Below, in pieces: positions 61,028 through 64,000 of a stretch of DNA of 64,000 bases. A program made the translations under genes and the position numbers. A model generated the notes under the pieces. That model was not told the origin of the DNA. It made no database searches and saw only the letters and a program-made list of their open reading frames with translations. The stretch's first letter is position 1. Every line of letters starts with the position of its first letter. The DNA is from Gemmatimonas sp. (GTDB taxonomy: Bacteria; Gemmatimonadota; Gemmatimonadetes; Gemmatimonadales; Gemmatimonadaceae), in the NCBI GenBank assembly GCA_965279375.1, contig OZ257156.1, forward strand, positions 3,584,001-3,648,000, written 5' to 3'.

Positions 61028-63243
61028 GCGTGCTGCGTTCAACGTTGTCTTTGCTGCTCTGCCTTTGTGCGCTCTCGGTCGGACTGACGCTCGACGCACA
61101 GACGTCGCCCACCCGCATCCTCGATCGGGTGCGAGTTGATACGCGCAAGCCGATCGACTTCCATGCGGCCGCGTTTCCTGAAACGCTGTACGTGGGGCAG
61201 CAGGCGACGTATCAGGTCGCGGTGTTTCTGAACTCGGAAGCACGCTCGCGGCTGCGGCGTAATCCGGAGTTTCTGCCTCCCGAGCTGCGGGGACTTCTAG
61301 CCTACGAACTCGGTTCGCCGACGCGTGTGCCGCCGCGCGACATGAACGGCGCCGTGTACGAGGCGCATGTGTTTCAGCGCGCGCTCTTTCCTGTCGCGGC
61401 GGGACCGCTGTCGGTGCCGGCGCCGCAGCTCAGCTATGCGCTGCCGCAGTCGTCCAGCTACTTCAGTCGCGAAGAGAAGTTCATCGTGCGCGCCGAGAGC
61501 GCGCAGTTGGTGGTGCGGCCTATTCCAACGGAGGGCCGTCCGACCAACTTCACGGGCGCCATCGGTGTGTTCACCGCCACCAGTCGACTCGACACGGCGG
61601 CCGCGCGCGTAGGCGATCCCCTGGTGTTCACGCTGCGCGTGCAGGGCACGGGGAATGTGAAGCTGTTGCCGCGACCGACGATCGAGATCGACTGGGCGAG
61701 CGCGGTGCCCGGCACGGAGCGAGTGCGCGTGGACACCGCCGGACCGCTGGTACGCGGGAGCAAGGAGTTCGACTGGATCCTCACGCCGTCGCGTGACGGA
61801 CCTGTCGTGTTGCCAGCGGTGCGCTACGGATACTTCGACCCGTATCAGGAGAAGTTTGCGGACGCCGAAGCGCCTGAGCTTTCGCTCGATGTACGTGCTG
61901 GCGCGTTGGTTCAATCCGAAGCGGGCGAGAGCACGACACTGCTTCCTCTTCGTGCGCGCAACGCCAACGCAAGCACATTGCGCGTGCTCGTGGACGTCGT
62001 GGAGCGTTCCCCGATCGTCGCGTGGCTGTTGTTGCTGTTGGCACCACTGCCGGCGCTTCTCGTTGCCATCGTCGGTGCCCAATCAGCGAGGAAGGCCGCG
62101 CGCGCCAACGCACCCATCGCCGCCACGGAACAACTCGCGCGACTCGCTTCCGGTCGGGATGAGAATGAATCGGCGGTACGATCAGTTCGTCGCGTGCTGC
62201 ACAGCGCGCTCGCGGAGCGATTGCAGGTGCGCCCGGCCGCATTGGTGGCGCCGCGTCAGTTGCGTCGCGTCCTGCGGCGTCGAGGGGTGACGCGTGAGAC
62301 CACCGACCGCGTGGTCGGACTGCTGGATGCGATGGACGCGCACGCGTTTGCGGGAGCAGCTGCAGTGAGCGCGCGCGACTGGGCGTCGGAGAGCAGGTCA
62401 TTGCTGACCGCCGTGGATGCGGAGGCGGTGCGCAGTGGCGGTGTCATTCCGCCAGACCGTTTTGGCACGTACACCGGGCTCGCGTTGCTGCTGCTCTGCA
62501 CGTCGCCCTCTCTGACGCGTACGCTGCAGGCGCAGGCGCCCGCTGCGCGAGACGCGTTTGCCGAGGCGTCGCAGGCGTACGAGCGACGCATGTTTGCGCA
62601 GGCGACTGCCGGGTTCAGTGATCTCGTGCGTGCGTCACCGCGAGATCCCGACTTGCTGATGAACTGGGGAACGGCGGCGTGGGCGGCTGGTGATACCGTC
62701 CACGCGGTCATGGCGTGGCAGCGGGCGGCGCGCATCGATCCGCTGGACGCCGATGTGCAGGAGCGACTACTGCTGTTGCCCTCCGGTGCGCGCGGTGGAT
62801 TGGCGGACGTACCGATGGTGCCGGTGCCGTTGCTGATGCTCGTTGCCGCGACTACATGGCTCGCGGGGTGGCTGTTGTTGGCGATCGCCGTTCGGCAGCG
62901 TCAGCGTGGTGCGGAAGGGCGCTATGGCGGCCTGCTGCGGAGTGTGGCCGTGATCTGTCTCGTGGCGGCGGCGCTGTCCAGCGGTGCCGTGTGGTGGGGG
63001 CGCGCGAAACTTCGTGCGGATGGGCTGGCGGTGGTATTGCGCCCGGAGACGCTGCATCTGGCGCCGGGAAACGACGCGGATGCGTTGGGCGGTGTCTCGA
63101 CGGGCGACGTCGTGCGTGCGCTCGAGAGCCGGGACGGCTGGCGTCATGTGCAGCACGCCGATGGACGCAGCGGCTGGCTCCCGGAGCAGCGTGTCGCCTC
63201 GCTGCTCGAGAGCGCATTGCTCAGCGACAACACGCCTCGGTAA
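61024..63243 (+). CDS. BatD-like + TPR/SH3 (BatE-like) fusion protein
   Basis: YVGQQ, F.GAIG.F, G.GNVKLL, YFDP; C-terminal TPR (NWGTAAW.AG) and SH3-like GW..V...DGRSGWLP. Confidence 0.72.
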   Translation: MSVLRSTLSLLLCLCALSVGLTLDAQTSPTRILDRVRVDTRKPIDFHAAAFPETLYVGQQATYQVAVFLNSEARSRLRRNPEFLPPELRGLLAYELGSPTRVPPRDMNGAVYEAHVFQRALFPVAAGPLSVPAPQLSYALPQSSSYFSREEKFIVRAESAQLVVRPIPTEGRPTNFTGAIGVFTATSRLDTAAARVGDPLVFTLRVQGTGNVKLLPRPTIEIDWASAVPGTERVRVDTAGPLVRGSKEFDWILTPSRDGPVVLPAVRYGYFDPYQEKFADAEAPELSLDVRAGALVQSEAGESTTLLPLRARNANASTLRVLVDVVERSPIVAWLLLLLAPLPALLVAIVGAQSARKAARANAPIAATEQLARLASGRDENESAVRSVRRVLHSALAERLQVRPAALVAPRQLRRVLRRRGVTRETTDRVVGLLDAMDAHAFAGAAAVSARDWASESRSLLTAVDAEAVRSGGVIPPDRFGTYTGLALLLLCTSPSLTRTLQAQAPAARDAFAEASQAYERRMFAQATAGFSDLVRASPRDPDLLMNWGTAAWAAGDTVHAVMAWQRAARIDPLDADVQERLLLLPSGARGGLADVPMVPVPLLMLVAATTWLAGWLLLAIAVRQRQRGAEGRYGGLLRSVAVICLVAAALSSGAVWWGRAKLRADGLAVVLRPETLHLAPGNDADALGGVSTGDVVRALESRDGWRHVQHADGRSGWLPEQRVASLLESALLSDNTPR

Positions 63244-63251
63244 CGTTCGGC

Positions 63252-64000
63252 ATGGGACGCATTGCCATTCTGTCGAGCGCTGACGCTGACCAGATCGCCG
63301 CCGGCGAGGCGGTGGAGCGCCCTGCGTCCGTCGTGAAGGAACTCGTCGAGAACGCTCTTGATGCGGGCGCGACCACGGTCGACATCACGGTGGAGCAGGG
63401 CGGCATTGCGCTCATTCGCATCGCCGACGACGGGAGCGGAATGGACGCCAGCGACGCCGAACTCGCGCTCGCACGACACGCCACGTCCAAGATCACCTCG
63501 GCGTCGCAGCTGGTCGGCGTACGCAGTTTTGGCTTTCGCGGCGAGGCGTTGCCGGCCATCGCCTCTGTGTCGGCGCTCGAGATCGAGACGGCGTCGGAAG
63601 ACGGCGTCGGCACGGTCGTGACGGCGGCGGCCGGTGCCGTGATTGGCACGCGGGTCGCTGCACGGCGTCGCGGAACGACCGTCAGTGTCAGTCGCCTTTT
63701 CTACAACACGCCGGCGCGCCAGAAATTCCTCAAGAGTGCGCGATCCGAGTGGCGCAGCATTCTGGAGATGATGCAGCAGATCGGCGCGCTGCGTCGCGAC
63801 GTGCACTTCACGCTGCGGCACGACGGTAAGCTGGTCCTCGATCTTCCCGTGGCAGACAGCCTGCGCGCGCGCCTCGCCGCACTCTGGGGCCACAAGGAGA
63901 TCGAACGTTTCGTCGCGGTGGACGACGTGCAGGGGCCCATCCACGTGAGTGGCCTCGTCGAACGTCCCGCAGATGTGGGCACGGCCACGCGACGCCTGCT
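63252..64000 (+). CDS. mutL: DNA mismatch repair protein MutL (5' part; runs off the window)
   Basis: My translation from ATG 63252: QIAAGEAVERPASVVKELVENALDAGA, DDGSGM, HATSKI, FGFRGEAL, LFYNTPARQKFLKS. Absent from the ORF track because it has no stop. Confidence 0.95.
   Translation, partial: MGRIAILSSADADQIAAGEAVERPASVVKELVENALDAGATTVDITVEQGGIALIRIADDGSGMDASDAELALARHATSKITSASQLVGVRSFGFRGEALPAIASVSALEIETASEDGVGTVVTAAAGAVIGTRVAARRRGTTVSVSRLFYNTPARQKFLKSARSEWRSILEMMQQIGALRRDVHFTLRHDGKLVLDLPVADSLRARLAALWGHKEIERFVAVDDVQGPIHVSGLVERPADVGTATRRL

Overview
High-GC bacterial chromosome segment. Gene content and order suggest Gemmatimonadota (inference, no search run). Nearly all genes are on the + strand. 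The housekeeping backbone is argS-pfkB-purM; ribD-ribE-ribBA-ribH-nusB; a GT4 glycosyltransferase; hpf-hprK and a complete mannose-family PTS (EIIA/B/C/D, HPr, EI); metK; a cobalamin riboswitch ahead of a btuFCD/btuB-like uptake operon; recO; clpB; tadA; two tRNA-Ser genes; pyrR-pyrB-pyrC; rpsT; site-2 protease-scpA-scpB-rluB; a MoxR/DUF58/Bat (vWA) cluster; and the 5' part of mutL. Two accessory regions stand out. (1) 1-8.7 kb: ECF sigma and zinc anti-sigma, followed by a porin, a cupredoxin-like protein and a Cache/HAMP Ser/Thr kinase, then a Tat lipoprotein with two Rieske domains separated by two Ig/BACON-like repeats. (2) 39.6-46.4 kb, downstream of tRNA-Ser: a 112-aa sigma70 'region 1.2+2 only' protein whose promoter-melting residues are replaced, an ArgZ/AgrE-type fusion with Ser at the expected catalytic Cys, a gamma-CA-like gene and two tandem ATP-grasp ligases. 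No CRISPR array, transposase or integrase was recognised. All calls come from motif reading by eye, and many start codons are best guesses.
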